A DNA stretch of 64,000 nucleotides from Mobula hypostoma (taxonomy: Eukaryota): assembly GCF_963921235.1 (NCBI RefSeq), contig NC_086097.1, forward strand, positions 185,878,001 to 185,942,000, in the 5' to 3' direction. Positions 49,035 to 61,518 of this stretch are shown here, piece after piece (position 1 is the first letter of the stretch; the number at the start of each line of letters is the position of its first letter). Under the pieces are notes generated by a model, which worked only from the letters and a program-made list of their open reading frames with translations, did no database searches and was not told where the DNA came from. The translations under genes were made by a program, and so were the position numbers.

Positions 49035-50230
49035 TAAGGAAAGATGGCAGCGTGCTCAGATGCAGCGACTTCTGTAGGGTCAACCAAAGGTGTTATTGTC
49101 AGTTTTACACATACTTTTTACGATCATGAGATGCTGCTGGTTATTAAGAACTTAAAGCCTATCGGGAAGTTGCTCATTGGCAGATAAACTAAAGGAGCTG
49201 GACTGATTATTGACATCAGGAAAAGGAAACCAGAGGTCCATTAGCCAGTCCTCATCTGAGGATCAAAGGTGGAGAGGGGTAGCAACTTTAAATTCCTTGG
49301 TGTTACTATTTCAGAGGACCTGTCTTAGCCTCAACCATCAGGCTCTAGAAGAAAAGGGCATAAATTCACTTGCCCCATAATTGAGATGGTCACCCAAACA
49401 ATAGACTCACTTTCAAGGACTCTTCATCACATATTCTCGATATTTATATTTGCGCAGTTCGTTGTCTTCTGCAGTCTGATTGAACACCACAATTGGACGG
49501 TCTTTCATTGATTCTGTTTTAGTTATTATTCCATAGACTTACTGAGTGTGCCCACAAGAAGATAAATCTCAGGGTTGTACATAATGACATATATTTACTT
49601 CGGTAATAAAACTTTCTTTGAACTTTGAAGTGGGCCACGATGCTGCCTGCGACTGAAGGGCGTCAGTGCATGAAGAAGGTGTGCAGTCTAACAGCGAGTG
49701 ATGGTCTTAGTCGCTTTTCTTGTGATCACAAGACCCGTTTGGTCACTGGTGGCAAGGAACGCTGCAAGTCAGATTCATTAGTTTACTGGTGAATGTTTGC
49801 TGGCAGACAGCGGGGGAGCTGTGTGGCCTCGGTTGTAGCAAGGACCAGGCCTCAAGCCATGGTGTCGCCTTTTTGCAGCCGCCCAGGGGAGGCGTCGGAG
49901 TCTGGCGCTCCACTGGAATGCTGAAGGTGGTGTGGTGTGGTGTCCATGCTGGAGTTGGTGTTACTCACACTCCATGACTGCTCGGCAGAAGGCAAGCTGT
50001 ATTATGTTTGACTGCAGACTGCTGCAACACTCATGGATTTCAATTGTATATACTTTTTGTGTGACTATATTTTACTGCCATCTTTTATGTCCTACACATG
50101 CCTTGCACTGTACCTGATTGTTGATATTGTGCTTTGCACATTGATCCTGGAACAATGCTGTTTCATTTGGCTGTATTCATGGGTGCTCCTGTATGGTTGA
50201 ATGACAATTAAACGTAGATTTGAATTGGAA
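49035..50230 (+). mobile_element. Composite: non-coding element with Rex-like tail, interrupted by an internally deleted Rex1/Babar piece (about 49180-49628)
   Basis: The inner piece has FKFLGVTISEDL-coding sequence and a Rex tail. The outer part starts aagatggcagcg and ends gaatgacaattaaac..tttgaattg, like the tail at 34380-34468. Confidence 0.5.
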
Positions 50231-50823
50231 CTATGCAATTAGAATCAGCAATAAACTAAATTACCATGTTTCAGTACCATATAATTTTATAGATAAGTTA
50301 ATGCAGTATTTTAAGCTGCAGTGGCTATTCTAAGAAAATTCAGTTTCAGCTTTTTACAGCACGAGTCATCTGACCAGTTTTCTATCACGAAAAACTAACA
50401 AGATGTGTGAAGTTGGTTGATGACACTGACCTTCTCTGTGAATGTGACTAAAATTGTAATCAAAATGTTGTAATGTTTAAAGGGGAAGGCCTATATTTGT
50501 CAATTATCACTGTAGCACAAACATAGGCTTGTCAGTGCACTGAATCATATGTGTTAAATTTTGTGGAGAGATACTTACAAGGTATTACTTCAATTCATTA
50601 CCAGTATTGCATTTTGTTATTGATCTTGTGTTTATAAATCAAACTTGTAGTCAACTAACCTTTATACTGTCATTTAAGATAAAATTATTTAGCGAGGTCT
50701 ATCTGCATGTTTTTAACTAATCCACAAGAATACACACAGATAAGTTTTAGAATATTATCATTACTTACACAGATGAGTCAGTAATGAGCTTCATTTACAC
50801 ATTGCAAATGTGTTAATTTCTTG

Positions 50824-51360
50824 CAGTTTACCGCTGTGTACATACATCTCTTGATGCTTCTGAACACATCTTCAGTGATGTTCCTGGAATCATCGGGTGT
50901 TTCAGGACTTTCAACATCATACAACCTCCTCCAGGTGACCCAGCCGGGGCTGATCAGACCCCAGCTTGTGTCCAGATGGCTAGCTATTTATGACTCCATG
51001 GCTCCCCTCTTTTGAGCCACAGCCATCTTGAGGCCCTCTCTGCCGCATCGGTGGTACTGCGGATGGCTCTCCTCTTCCTCTCTCCCTCGATGCCCAAATT
51101 GCTGAAGGCTCTAACTAAAGAACGGGCTATGAATCCCCTACAATCAACCTCCACTGGGAGACACCTCACTCTCCATCCAGCCTGCTGACAGTTGCTGAAC
51201 AGTCCTGCGTACTTGGAGAGCTTCCTTTCAAAGGCCGCTTCCAAGCTATCTTCCCATGGGACTGTCAGCTCCAGCAGCACCACTTGCTTAGTTGACTCAG
51301 ACACTAGGACAATGTCTGGTCGCAGGGTGGTGGCTGCGATATGGTTGGGGAACTTCCGAA
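50824..51360 (-). mobile_element. Hero-like (R2 group) non-LTR retrotransposon 3' end with restriction-like endonuclease
   Basis: TTLRPDIVLVS..LLELTVPWED..ERKLSKY..PVEVDCRGF..AERASRWLWLKR (PD..E..K RLE), stop at 50984, then a short 3' UTR. Confidence 0.82.
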
Positions 51361-52109
51361 CAAACCCGAAAATTTGGTGCTGGCCAAGACAGATGCCTAT
51401 GTACATTGGGTGCAGTTCTCTGCCTTGCTAAATGGCTTACCGTTATGTCCATTTCATTCTGGTTTTTGTTGAACTTAGAGCTCTCAGTATTTTAAAGGCA
51501 GATCTTTATTTCACTAGATGCGTGTTCAGTTACTTTACTCCTTACCAAATGTAAAAATAAATACCATTTCTTAAAATGTCAATGAATTTCTAATACAAAT
51601 GAGGAAATTCAACCCACTAGGTCATATTGTACACAGCTTTTAAGCAAATTCAAAAGGTGCAATACAAACATATATTCATGGTTCCTCCTATTTCCCACCT
51701 ACACATTGCCTTTTGCTAACACCTACTGTAAAAGCAGTGCCAATTTCCTCATGTAACCTTACAATACTCAGTCAATTTAATCAGCACACCCCTGACATTA
51801 CCTCTAGGTTTTTAGACAGCAATTTGACATTTCACATGGGATGACCAGAAAGCTTTTCCAGCTAATTATTGTGAAGATCAAAGATGTTCTCAGTTACACC
51901 CTCTCTACTCCCCAGGCAATGATTTGTTTATTAACTCCAAATTCAATCACTCAGCATTGGTAACTATGGCCTTACTGTCAAATTCTAAGGTCTGTAAATC
52001 TCTCCCTTAAACTCATCCTTCTACCTCGTTTTTTTAAAAAGGTTGTTTGGTTACATGCCCTAATTATATCTTGTACCCCAATGTACAATTTTATATATCA
52101 CTCCTATGA

Positions 52110-54448
52110 AAAACAAAAGCCTGTGAAAAGTGTCTGGCCGAGACAGGGTATCAAGCCAAGTACTAGAGATCTACACTGATCAACTGTCTGGAGTGTTCGG
52201 AGATCTTGAACCTCTTGCATCGGCAGTCACCTACTTCAAGCAGGCTTCAATTATACTGGAGCCCAAGAAGAGCATAGTGATCTGCCTCAATGACTATCAT
52301 CCAGTAGCACTTACATCCACAGTGATGAAGTGCTTTGAGAGATTGGTGATGAAACATATCAATTCCTGCCTGAGAAAAGACAGGCAAATTGGAGTGGATC
52401 TATCGGAGCAACAGATCCATAGAGGCTGCTATTTCATTGGCTTTTCACTCAACCCTGGAACATCTGAACAGCAAAGATGCATACATCAGGATACTCTTTA
52501 TCGACTTCAGCTCAGCATTCAATAACATCACATCTTCAAAACTAATCAATAAACTCAAAGACCTTGGCCACAATACCTCCTGGTGCAATTGATTCATCTA
52601 TATCCTCTCTTGCAGACTCCAGTCAGTTTCGATTGGCAACAAGATCTTCTACACCATCTCTAACAGCACAGGTGCACCACAGGGCTGTGCGCTTAGCCCC
52701 CTGCTCTACTCACTTTATACTTATGACTACGTGGCTAAGCACAGCTCCATTATCATATTCAAATTTTCTGATGACATCGCTGTCATTAGCTAAATCAAAG
52801 GTGAAGACTAAATTAGCATATTAGGGGGCACCGGTGACCCCTGTTTCCATCCAGGGGGTCAATGTGGACATGGTGGAGGATTACAAATACCTAGGGATAC
52901 GAATTGACAATAAACTGGACTGCTCAAAGAACACTGAGGCTGTCTACAAGAAGGGACAGAGCCATCTCTATTTCCTGAGGAGACTGAGGTCCTTTAACAT
53001 CTGTCGGACGATGCTGAGGATGTTCTACGAGTCTGTGGTGGCCAGTGTGATCATGTTTGCTGTTGTGTGCTGGGGCAGCAGGCTGAGGGTAGCAGACACC
53101 AACAGAATCAACAAACTCATTCGTAAGGCCAGTGATGTTGTGGGGATGGAACTGGACTCTCTCACGGTAGTGTCTGAAAAGAGGATGCTGTCCAAGTTGC
53201 GTGCCATCTTGGACAATGTCTGCCATCCATTACATAATGGACTGGTTAGGCACAGGAGTACATTCAGCCAGAGACTCATTCCTCCGAGATGCAACACTGA
53301 GAGTCATAGGAAGTCATTCTTGCCTGTGGCCATCAAACTTTACAACTCCTCCCTTGGAGGGTCAGACACCTTGAGCCAATAGGCTGGTCCTTGACTTATT
53401 TCCTGGCATAATTTACATATTACTATTTAATTATATATGGTTTTATTACTATTTAATTATTTATGGTGCAACTAACGAAAACCAATTTCCCTCGGAATCA
53501 ATAAAGTATGACTACTATAGAAGAGCAATTGAAAATCTGGCTGAGTGGTGCCAAAACAACGACCTCTTACTCTTTGTAAGCAAGACCAAGGAGATGATTA
53601 TTGACTTTAGGAGAAGGAAACCAGAGGTCCATGAGCCAGTCCTCATCTGAGGATCAGAGATGGAGAAGGTCAGCAACTTTAAACTTCTCGGTGATATTAT
53701 TTCAGAGGACCTGTCCTGGGCCCAGCACGTATGTGCAATTACAATCAAAATACAGCAGCACCTCTACTTCCTTAGGTGTTTGGGAAAATTCGGCAGGATA
53801 TCTAAAACTTTGACAATCTTATATAGATGTGCGATGGAGAGTATATTGACTGGCTGCATCACAGCCTGGAATGGAAACACCAATGTCCTTGAATGGAAAA
53901 TCCTATAAAAAGTAGTGGATTTGGCCCCGTACATCACAGGTAAAGCACTCCCAACCATTGAGCACATCTACATGAAACCCAGCCATAGGAAAGCAGCATC
54001 CATCATCAGGGATCCCCACCACCCAGGTCATGCTCTCTTCTTTCTGCTTTCATCTGGAAGATGATACAGGAGCCTCAGGACTCTCACCACCGGGTTCAGG
54101 AACAGTTACTACCCTTCAACCATCAGGCTCTTGAACCAAAGGGGATAACTTCACTCACACCATCATTGAAATGTTCCCACAACATATGGAGTCACTTGCA
54201 AGGACTCCATCTCAAGTTTTCAATATTTATTGCTTATATATTAATCTTCTTCTGTCTTTGCACAGTTCGCTGTTTATTACACACAGGTAGAAACTTCAAG
54301 ATGGTGCAGTCTTTCATTGATTCTGTTACGGTTACAATTCTACTGATTTATTGAGCATGTGCACAAGAAAATGAATCTCAGAGTTGTATATGCAACATAC
54401 ATGTACTTTGACTCACACCACATACCTTGATAATAAATTTACTTTGAA
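52110..54448 (+). mobile_element. Rex1/Babar-type LINE (RT to 3' tail), decayed
   Basis: CLNDYHPVALTSTVMKCFERLV, YIRILFIDFSSAFN, GAPQGC, FSDD, FKLLGDIISEDLSW and the 3' tail. Confidence 0.9.
52829..53516 (+). mobile_element. Younger Rex1/Babar 3' fragment nested in the previous element
   Basis: Uninterrupted frame 52834-53382 (YKYLGIRIDNKLD..LYFLRRLRSF..RKSFLPVAIKLYN) and tail aataaagtatgactact. Confidence 0.88.
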
Positions 54449-54790
54449 TGTTGTAAAATATTTCAGGAGGTAGTGCACTACCGGGTTTAGCAAAGAAATT
54501 TGGGAATTTTCTTGTGTGCACTGATGTCAACAAGAGATTGTTCAAGTGTTGTTTTTTTCCTATAACAGTTAATATTATAGGGCTCTTTTCCTACCACATC
54601 AGTGCCAGCTGATCAATCTGCTATAAGCATTAAGATCCAGGGATAAATGCAAACTCTGCAAAGGACAATATCTGCATAGGTTTTCTTTGAAATTAATGCA
54701 TTAATATGATATTGAGTCCTCACTATTGATGAATTCCCAAGATAGGAGGGCATCACAGTCAGCATCAAGGGCACATCAGTGTTTCTCAAA

Positions 54791-56147
54791 CAAGAGAAAA
54801 TCTGCAGGTGCTGGAAATCCAAGCCACACACACACAAAATGCTAGAGGAATTCAGCAGGCCAGGCAGGATCTATGGAAAAAAAAAGTACAGTTGACATTT
54901 TGGGCCGAAACCCTTCAGCAGGACTGGAGAAAAAAAAATCTGAGGAGTAGACTTAAAAGCTGGGGGGAGGAGACAGAGAATCACCAGGTGATGGGTGAAA
55001 CCTAAAGGGTGTGGGATGAAGTACAAAGCGGAGAAGTTGTTTGGTGAAAGAGACAGAAGACATGGAAGAAAGAAAAAGGGGGAAGGAGCATCAGAGGGAG
55101 GCGATGGGTGGGCAAGGAGATGAAGTGAGAGAGGGAAGAGGGAACGGGAATTGGGGGGGTGGGGTTGGGGGGGCATTAGTGGAAGTTTGAGAAATCACTG
55201 TTCATGCCATCAGGTTGGCAGGTATCTAAACAGAATATGAGGTGTCGCTTACCTGGGAGGACTGTTTAGGGCCTTGGATAGTAGTGAGGGAGGTGGTGTA
55301 GGAGCAGGCTCCCTATGCAAAACCCTTGCCCATTTGTCCCTCCCCACTGATCTTCCTCCTGGCACTTATCCTTGCAAGCGGAACAAATGCTTCACCTGCC
55401 CCTACATCTCCCCCTCACCAGCACCCAGGGCCCTAAACAGCCCTTCCAGGTGAGGCAACACTTCACCTGTGAATCTGTTGGGGTCATTTACTGTGTTTGG
55501 TACTCCCAGTGTGGCCTCCTGTACATCTGTGAGACCCGATGTAGACTGGGAGTGTGCTTCGCTGAGCACCTACGTCCATCCATCAGAAAAAGCAGGATCT
55601 CCCAGTGGCCACCCATTTTAATTTCATTCCCCATTCCTATTCTGACGTGTCAATCCATGGCCTCCTCTACCATAGCCATGAGGCCACACTCAAGTTGGAG
55701 GAACAGCACCTTATATTCCATTTGGGTAGCCTACAACCTGATGGCATGAACATCGATTTCTCAAACTTTCAGTAACGCCCCCAACCCCATCCCCCATTCT
55801 CCATTACTTATCTCCTTTTCCACCTCTCACCTCATCACCGTGCCTGCCCATCAGCTCCCTCTGCTGCTCCTTCCCCCTTTTGCTTTCCTCTATGGCCTTC
55901 TGTCTCTTTCACCAATCAACGTCTCAGCTCTTTACTTCATCCCTCTGCCTCCAAGTTTCACCTATCACCTGATGGTTCTCTCTCACCCGCCCCCACCCCC
56001 ACCTTTTAACTCTGCTCCTCAGCTTTATTTTCCTCCAGTCCTGCCGAAGGGTCTCGGCCTGGAATATTGACTATACTTCCCCCCACCCCCCCCCACCATA
56101 GACGCTGCCTGCCCTATTGAGTTCCTCCAGCATTTTGTGTGTGTTGC
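54791..56147. mobile_element. Penelope-like element with inverted terminal copy
   Basis: Minus-strand tail at 54791-55250 and plus-strand GIY-YIG plus tail at 55305-56147. 15-bp TSD tcagtgtttctcaaa at 54776-54790 and 56148-56162. Decayed hammerheads at 54889-54926 (-) and 56037-56072 (+). Confidence 0.9.
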
Positions 56148-58779
56148 TCAGTGTTTCTCAAATCAACTTTATGCTGTGCATTTTAATTATTTATCAGATA
56201 CAGAAAAGAGAAAATGATATAAGGAATGACATGGTAAAGAGAAATGACAATGTGTGGAGTAATGGAAGGGAATGGGTAAGAGGCTGGATAAATAGAAGAA
56301 ATGGGCCATAAGACTGAAAAAAAATGAAAGTGTCATTGGATTAGGAATAAGATGAACTTTTGTTTGAGGATGATTCCATCTTATTAATGAGATTTTATTT
56401 GTTTCTCAATATAGTGCAGAATGATTTCCTTCACAGTTGGTTTACGTCCCAGTTTTCCTCCTAGCTCACTGAGCAGATAAGGTAGGTCATGTGTCGAAAC
56501 AACTGGTGGCCTTTTTGCTGTGATATCTGGTGACCAAGTGTTGTGCTTTATGGATGCTGTGCTCATTTGTTTTGTTATTAGAGGACCCATGTAATGTGAC
56601 GTTTGGGGCTTTTTCCAGGTTTAGTTAGTTCATCAATAACGGCTTAGCATAGATGAGCAAAAAAGGTTAGCAAAGATGCAGCAGGGTAAAGAGGTCATTT
56701 CTATGTTTGTACAGTTCTGCCCTCAGCTGCCTGGACCTTAAGATCTGGAGTTTACTTCTTAAAACTTGTCTTCCGATCACTCTCTCTTTAAAACTTTATA
56801 TATGACTGCATCTTATAATCAATCGCCTGAAAACCTTTTTCTGTTGGTTGGTGCAAATTCTATTCGATAATTCTTCCCCCAAGGTGACTAGTGCCATTTT
56901 GCTACATTCAAGATGCTATGGGATTGAAATTTATCATGGCTTTGGTTGCTACATCTCTAGTCAAAAACATGAGCTCAGTCAGATATATGCAGCAGCTGCT
57001 ACAGCAAATATTCAATAATGACTGTCTTGGCTCCGGTCTTCCTAAATTTGTAGTCAAGAGTATGATGGAATATATCCTTGTCTGGTTGTGAGCAACTTCA
57101 ACAACACACAAGGGCATGACAACATTTTTGTCACATTCTTTTCTTACACAAGGTAGAAAGATTTTAAAAATATATTGATAAACAATACCAGTTTCTTTGG
57201 CAGTAAAAAAATTAAATTAGAAACAATACTCGCGTTCAAATTAAATCTATACAATAATGTCAGTAACAAAATCTTCTAAACTTTGCTCAATGCAGAGAGG
57301 AGAGCCAGGATTACCTTCCAATAATTATTCACTAAGGTTTATCTAACTTGGGGTAAATTATATAAATAGTTTATTTACAACAGCTTTGACTAGAAACAAA
57401 AAAAGCAATATAAATTTATGATACAGATTTAAAAAGTTGTTTAGATTATTTATACAGTATGCTTCCCAGTGCTATTGTCTGCAGAGCTCCGTTGGGAGTT
57501 CAAGAAATTGGTTAGCCTCAATGCTGCATCAGCTGTCAATCCCAGAAGATTTTAAATGTGCTTGCATCTGCTAATGACTTCATGGCTCCACAAATATGAT
57601 GGTTGTAAAGAAACATCTGTTGTTTTCTGAATGATCTGAAGCAACTTCCTTGAACAGTGAAATGCACTGCAGGTGCCTCATTCTATTTTAACCATCAAGC
57701 CAGCAGATCAACTTTGGTTCTATGAACATTATAAAGGGTATTCCAGAAGCAGTGCTTAAAAATGAGACTCCATCTTGGTGAGGCTGCAAGGCATGATGAT
57801 ATATGTGCTTTACAGCATGGGCAGCATGTAGGAGAGCTAAGTGATCCCACAATTGACAGATCAGATCAAAGCCTGGAGGTCCTGTTAGCCATGAATGGCA
57901 GTGGACAATTCAACCATTGATAGAGGGAGGAAACTCAAAGAACATTAACAACAGGGGCATGCATATACAAGAGTGTCAAAGACAAGGGTATAGCATATTT
58001 TGTAAAATGGCTGCTTTATCTCAGCTGCACCACCATCATAGCCATTGTTTAATGAACCAGAACCAGAACAGTTGTTACACTGGCAGTCATAAATCAATGT
58101 TGAAAAATACCTAGCTCTAGCCTGTCCACAAAAAACAGACACATTCAATTGAGCTAATTAGCATCCAATTAGTCTATTTTTAAATCATCTTCAACGTGGT
58201 GGGAGAGCCTGTCAATATTTCTATTGTTAGATGTTTATCTATAACTTGCTTATTGAAGTCCAGTTTGTGTTTAACTAGGACTGTTCTGCTCCAGATCTTA
58301 ATGGCACAGAGGCAATCACTGCTCTCTTGTTCATTCTGGACAGGCGGGTATTCTGGCTGCCAGTCCGAGAATGTTGCTATGATGTGAGGAACTAGAATGC
58401 CAGCGCAAAGAGCTCAATTAGTAACCAATAATGTTTTGTGGTATCTGTAAATAATTTTAATACTAGGTGGGTGCTCTGAAAATTACTCCTCCATAGGACT
58501 GTGTTTGCATATCACTGTCCAAAGATGATCATATAATCAATTTTCCAAAGTGAGGAAAGGTAGCAATATAATTGTGCCATGATTCAATAACAAAATACTG
58601 TATGATAAGGCAAACTAATGTTAGCATATAATTTAAGCTCAATATAGTTTGATATGGGTGATAAGCTGTTGCAAATCAACTGTGCTTTGTCATCCAACCA
58701 GCAATTCTTTGAAAATAATACTCATCGTAAGGATGGCCACTTATCCTGAGATTTTGCTTTTGGTAGAATTATTATTCAA

Positions 58780-59080
58780 AGTCAGAGTCATAAGGAAAGA
58801 AAAAGACCACATGACACACTGAGTCTGTGTGAAACACCAACCACTTGCACTTATCCCATTGTGTTCTCCCACCAACATTCTACAGATTTTACCGCTCACC
58901 CACCTGTATGGCTAACTAACCTACAAACTTACATACCATTGGAATGTGGGTAGAAATACTGATCTCAAAAAAACTCTTGTCATAGGAGAACATGCAAATC
59001 CCACACAGTCAGCACTTAGGGTTAGAACCCAGATAACTTGAGCTGTGAAGCAGTGGCTCTAATAGTAGCACAAATATTCT
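58780..59080 (-). mobile_element. Degenerate V-SINE
   Basis: ttggaatgtggg..ggagaacatgcaaatcccacacag..gagctgtgaagcag. Confidence 0.55.
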
Positions 59081-59172
59081 GCCCGATTTTTCTTGTAAAG
59101 TTTAGATTTTGGGATTTAAAGGTCTGCTTAACCTCTATTATCAATGCTTTGAATAATAAACTAAATACTTAC

Positions 59173-59270
59173 TTTCTTAGTCTTGTCCATTGCTTTTAAT
59201 ATAGAAATATTTAAATCCTCTAGAGCTGCCAAGACATTTTCATACTCTCCTAAATGTTGAGAAAAGAACT
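59173..59270 (-). CDS. NECAB1: NECAB1 internal coding exon (98 nt, phase 1 to 0)
   Basis: Acceptor tttctctttcag|AG and donor AAA|gtaagt. Encodes (E)[32 protein letters not shown], compared with recalled human [33 protein letters not shown]. Joins 21921 in frame. Confidence 0.96.
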
Positions 59271-60608
59271 CTGAAAGAGAAACATAGTTTTGTTTTAGAC
59301 AATGAGGTAGCAGACTTATATTTCCAGCCTTCCTCTATAAAAATCCATTTTCCCTTGTATGTTCCCATTTAAATAATTTTATAGGCGTCAAAGCAATTAT
59401 ATCAACAGTAAAAAATATTTCCCAATAATTTCATGAAGTCAACTGCATTTGATGTATCAATAGTGCAATTTGTTCAGTTATTTCTGTAATTATTTATACA
59501 GGTGTGTAAGCAAAATGAGAACAATCAAATTTCAAATCAATTTTTAGAATTCAGCTGCAATAAGTGTCACCTTTTTATTTTTCCAAATTGAGTGAAATAA
59601 ATATTCCATTTCATATTGTCCATTAAAGCATATGATGGCATCTTTTGAATTCTGCTACAGAAAATCAATTGAGGACTAGAAGTACATGTGATAATACTAT
59701 TAGTGGAGTTGACAAGGAACTGTTATTGCAAACAGTTCGCAATTTGCTTAAGTCGATTCAAGTTATTTAACCAAACAAACCTTCCTCAGAGTGGAGAAAA
59801 TGCACTCAACTTTGACACAATCCAAACTCCTGAAGGAAATACTGCATTTTTCTTCTCAGCTAATGCTAAATTAGGGTGGATATTGGATATCTTAAAGATT
59901 TTAAATCCTGATTGGTATATAATTTTTGTATCTACAAATCATGTTTCCATTGTTCTTTTACTTGTCTTAGAATTTGCAGGTTCTCGTTCCACCTTTTAAA
60001 TGACAACACATTCAAATTTGGGTTATTTTCTAAAACTGCTGTTATGTTCAACTTTTACAACTGCGAATGTGCTTTAAAACTGTAAAATGTTTTGAAACAT
60101 GTTGAAGTGGTGAAAGAAATTATCTGTACTCTCTATGCCAAATCCAGACCTTTTGTATGTAACAAACAAAATCATCCCAATCCGTACTCCTGGGTCACTC
60201 AATGGAGATGTGTCTGGTGAGAAAAATCATCTGCTTACCTTTACACCCTTTCCTGTCTTTGTTCCAATTATACACCAACAAAATATTGCTCAGTGAATAG
60301 ACGTGTAAGTATTTCAAGCTTTCAGTTCTGTCTCAACTTCTTATAAATCACTTATGCCCAGTTCTGTGTAACTTATGTGAGAATAACTCCCCAGAGGTCA
60401 GATAATTTGATTTTGGATTTTTCTGTGGCTTTTAGTTAGGAAAAATGCATATTAAATCCCATATTTCTCCAAGACATGAATAAAATATTTAAAATCTTCA
60501 AGACTGTGCAAATATAAACCATACGTTGCCTTGAAGCACCATTTTATCTTTGTGTTTTAATGGTTGCTCCAGTGAATACAGCACATCTGAAAAAAAATCC
60601 CCACTTAC

Positions 60609-60634
60609 CACATATTTTTTCAATGTTGAGGTTG
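60609..60634 (-). CDS. NECAB1: NECAB1 26-nt microexon (second EF-hand loop end, phase 2 to 1)
   Basis: Acceptor ttgtttctattttctttctatttaag|C and donor TG|gtaagt. Reads C AAC CTC AAC ATT GAA AAA ATA TGT G = NLNIEKIC(E), aligning with recalled NLDTEELC(E). The final G plus AG of the next exon gives GAG. Confidence 0.82.
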
Positions 60635-60967
60635 CTTAAATAGAAAGAAAATAGAAACAAAAAATATTTTAATATTTTAAATCCAACAGTTGCTGCGTTT
60701 TACATTGCTATTTTTACAGAGGAATTATTTTTGATGATCGAATATTTATACTATGGCCCTGTGCATCTAAAATGCTCTCTGAAAATATATTTTTGAAGTA
60801 TTAACAAATTAGACTGCAGTACCACTTTAATATAGGAATATTTCAGTCAGAGCTTTATTATCATCATTTTTTCTTATACAAATGTGAGATACATAAATTT
60901 GGATTACATAATTATTTCAAAGAGCACAGTGAACAATTATCATTAAATGTAACATAATGGGCAATGT

Positions 60968-61325
60968 ACATAGAACATTGAACAGTACAGAAGAGGTACA
61001 GGCTATTTGGCCCATAATGTTCTGCTGAACCAGCTAAAAAGTAAACCAAAACACCTGTCTCTGCCTCTCATAATCTCAGTCAGATCTCCCCTCAGCCTCC
61101 AATGCATCAAGGAAAACAACCCAAGTTTATCCAGCTTCTCATGACAGCACATGCCTTCTAAACCTGGCAGCATCCTAGGAAACCTCTTCTGCACCCTCTC
61201 CAAACCCTCAACATCCCCTCAACATCTTTTCTATAGTGAGACAACCAGAACTATATCCGATACTCCAGATATGGCATAACCTGAGCTTTATAAAGTTGCA
61301 ACATGCCCTCTTGACTTTTGAACTC
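60968..61325 (-). mobile_element. CR1 3' fragment
   Basis: ERVQKRFPRMLPGLEG..LGLFSL..RLRGDL and tail catagaacattgaacagtacag. Confidence 0.85.
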
Positions 61326-61518
61326 AAGTAATTAAAATGAAACTCATGAATACAGATTCAAAAAGTTAAAAAAAATGAAGAAATTGCTTATCAAAACTGT
61401 TGATGGTTCATCATTACATGTAATATGTGTTATTCAGTTAAGAGTTACTTATTGGCTTGTCTAATTGCTGTATATTCAAGTCACCAGCATTAATAAACCC
61501 TATTAGCCTGAAGTGAAT

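Noticed and set aside
56384..56590. 68-aa minus-strand ORF in unique sequence
   Set aside because: No recognisable motif, no NECAB1 similarity and no convincing splice context.
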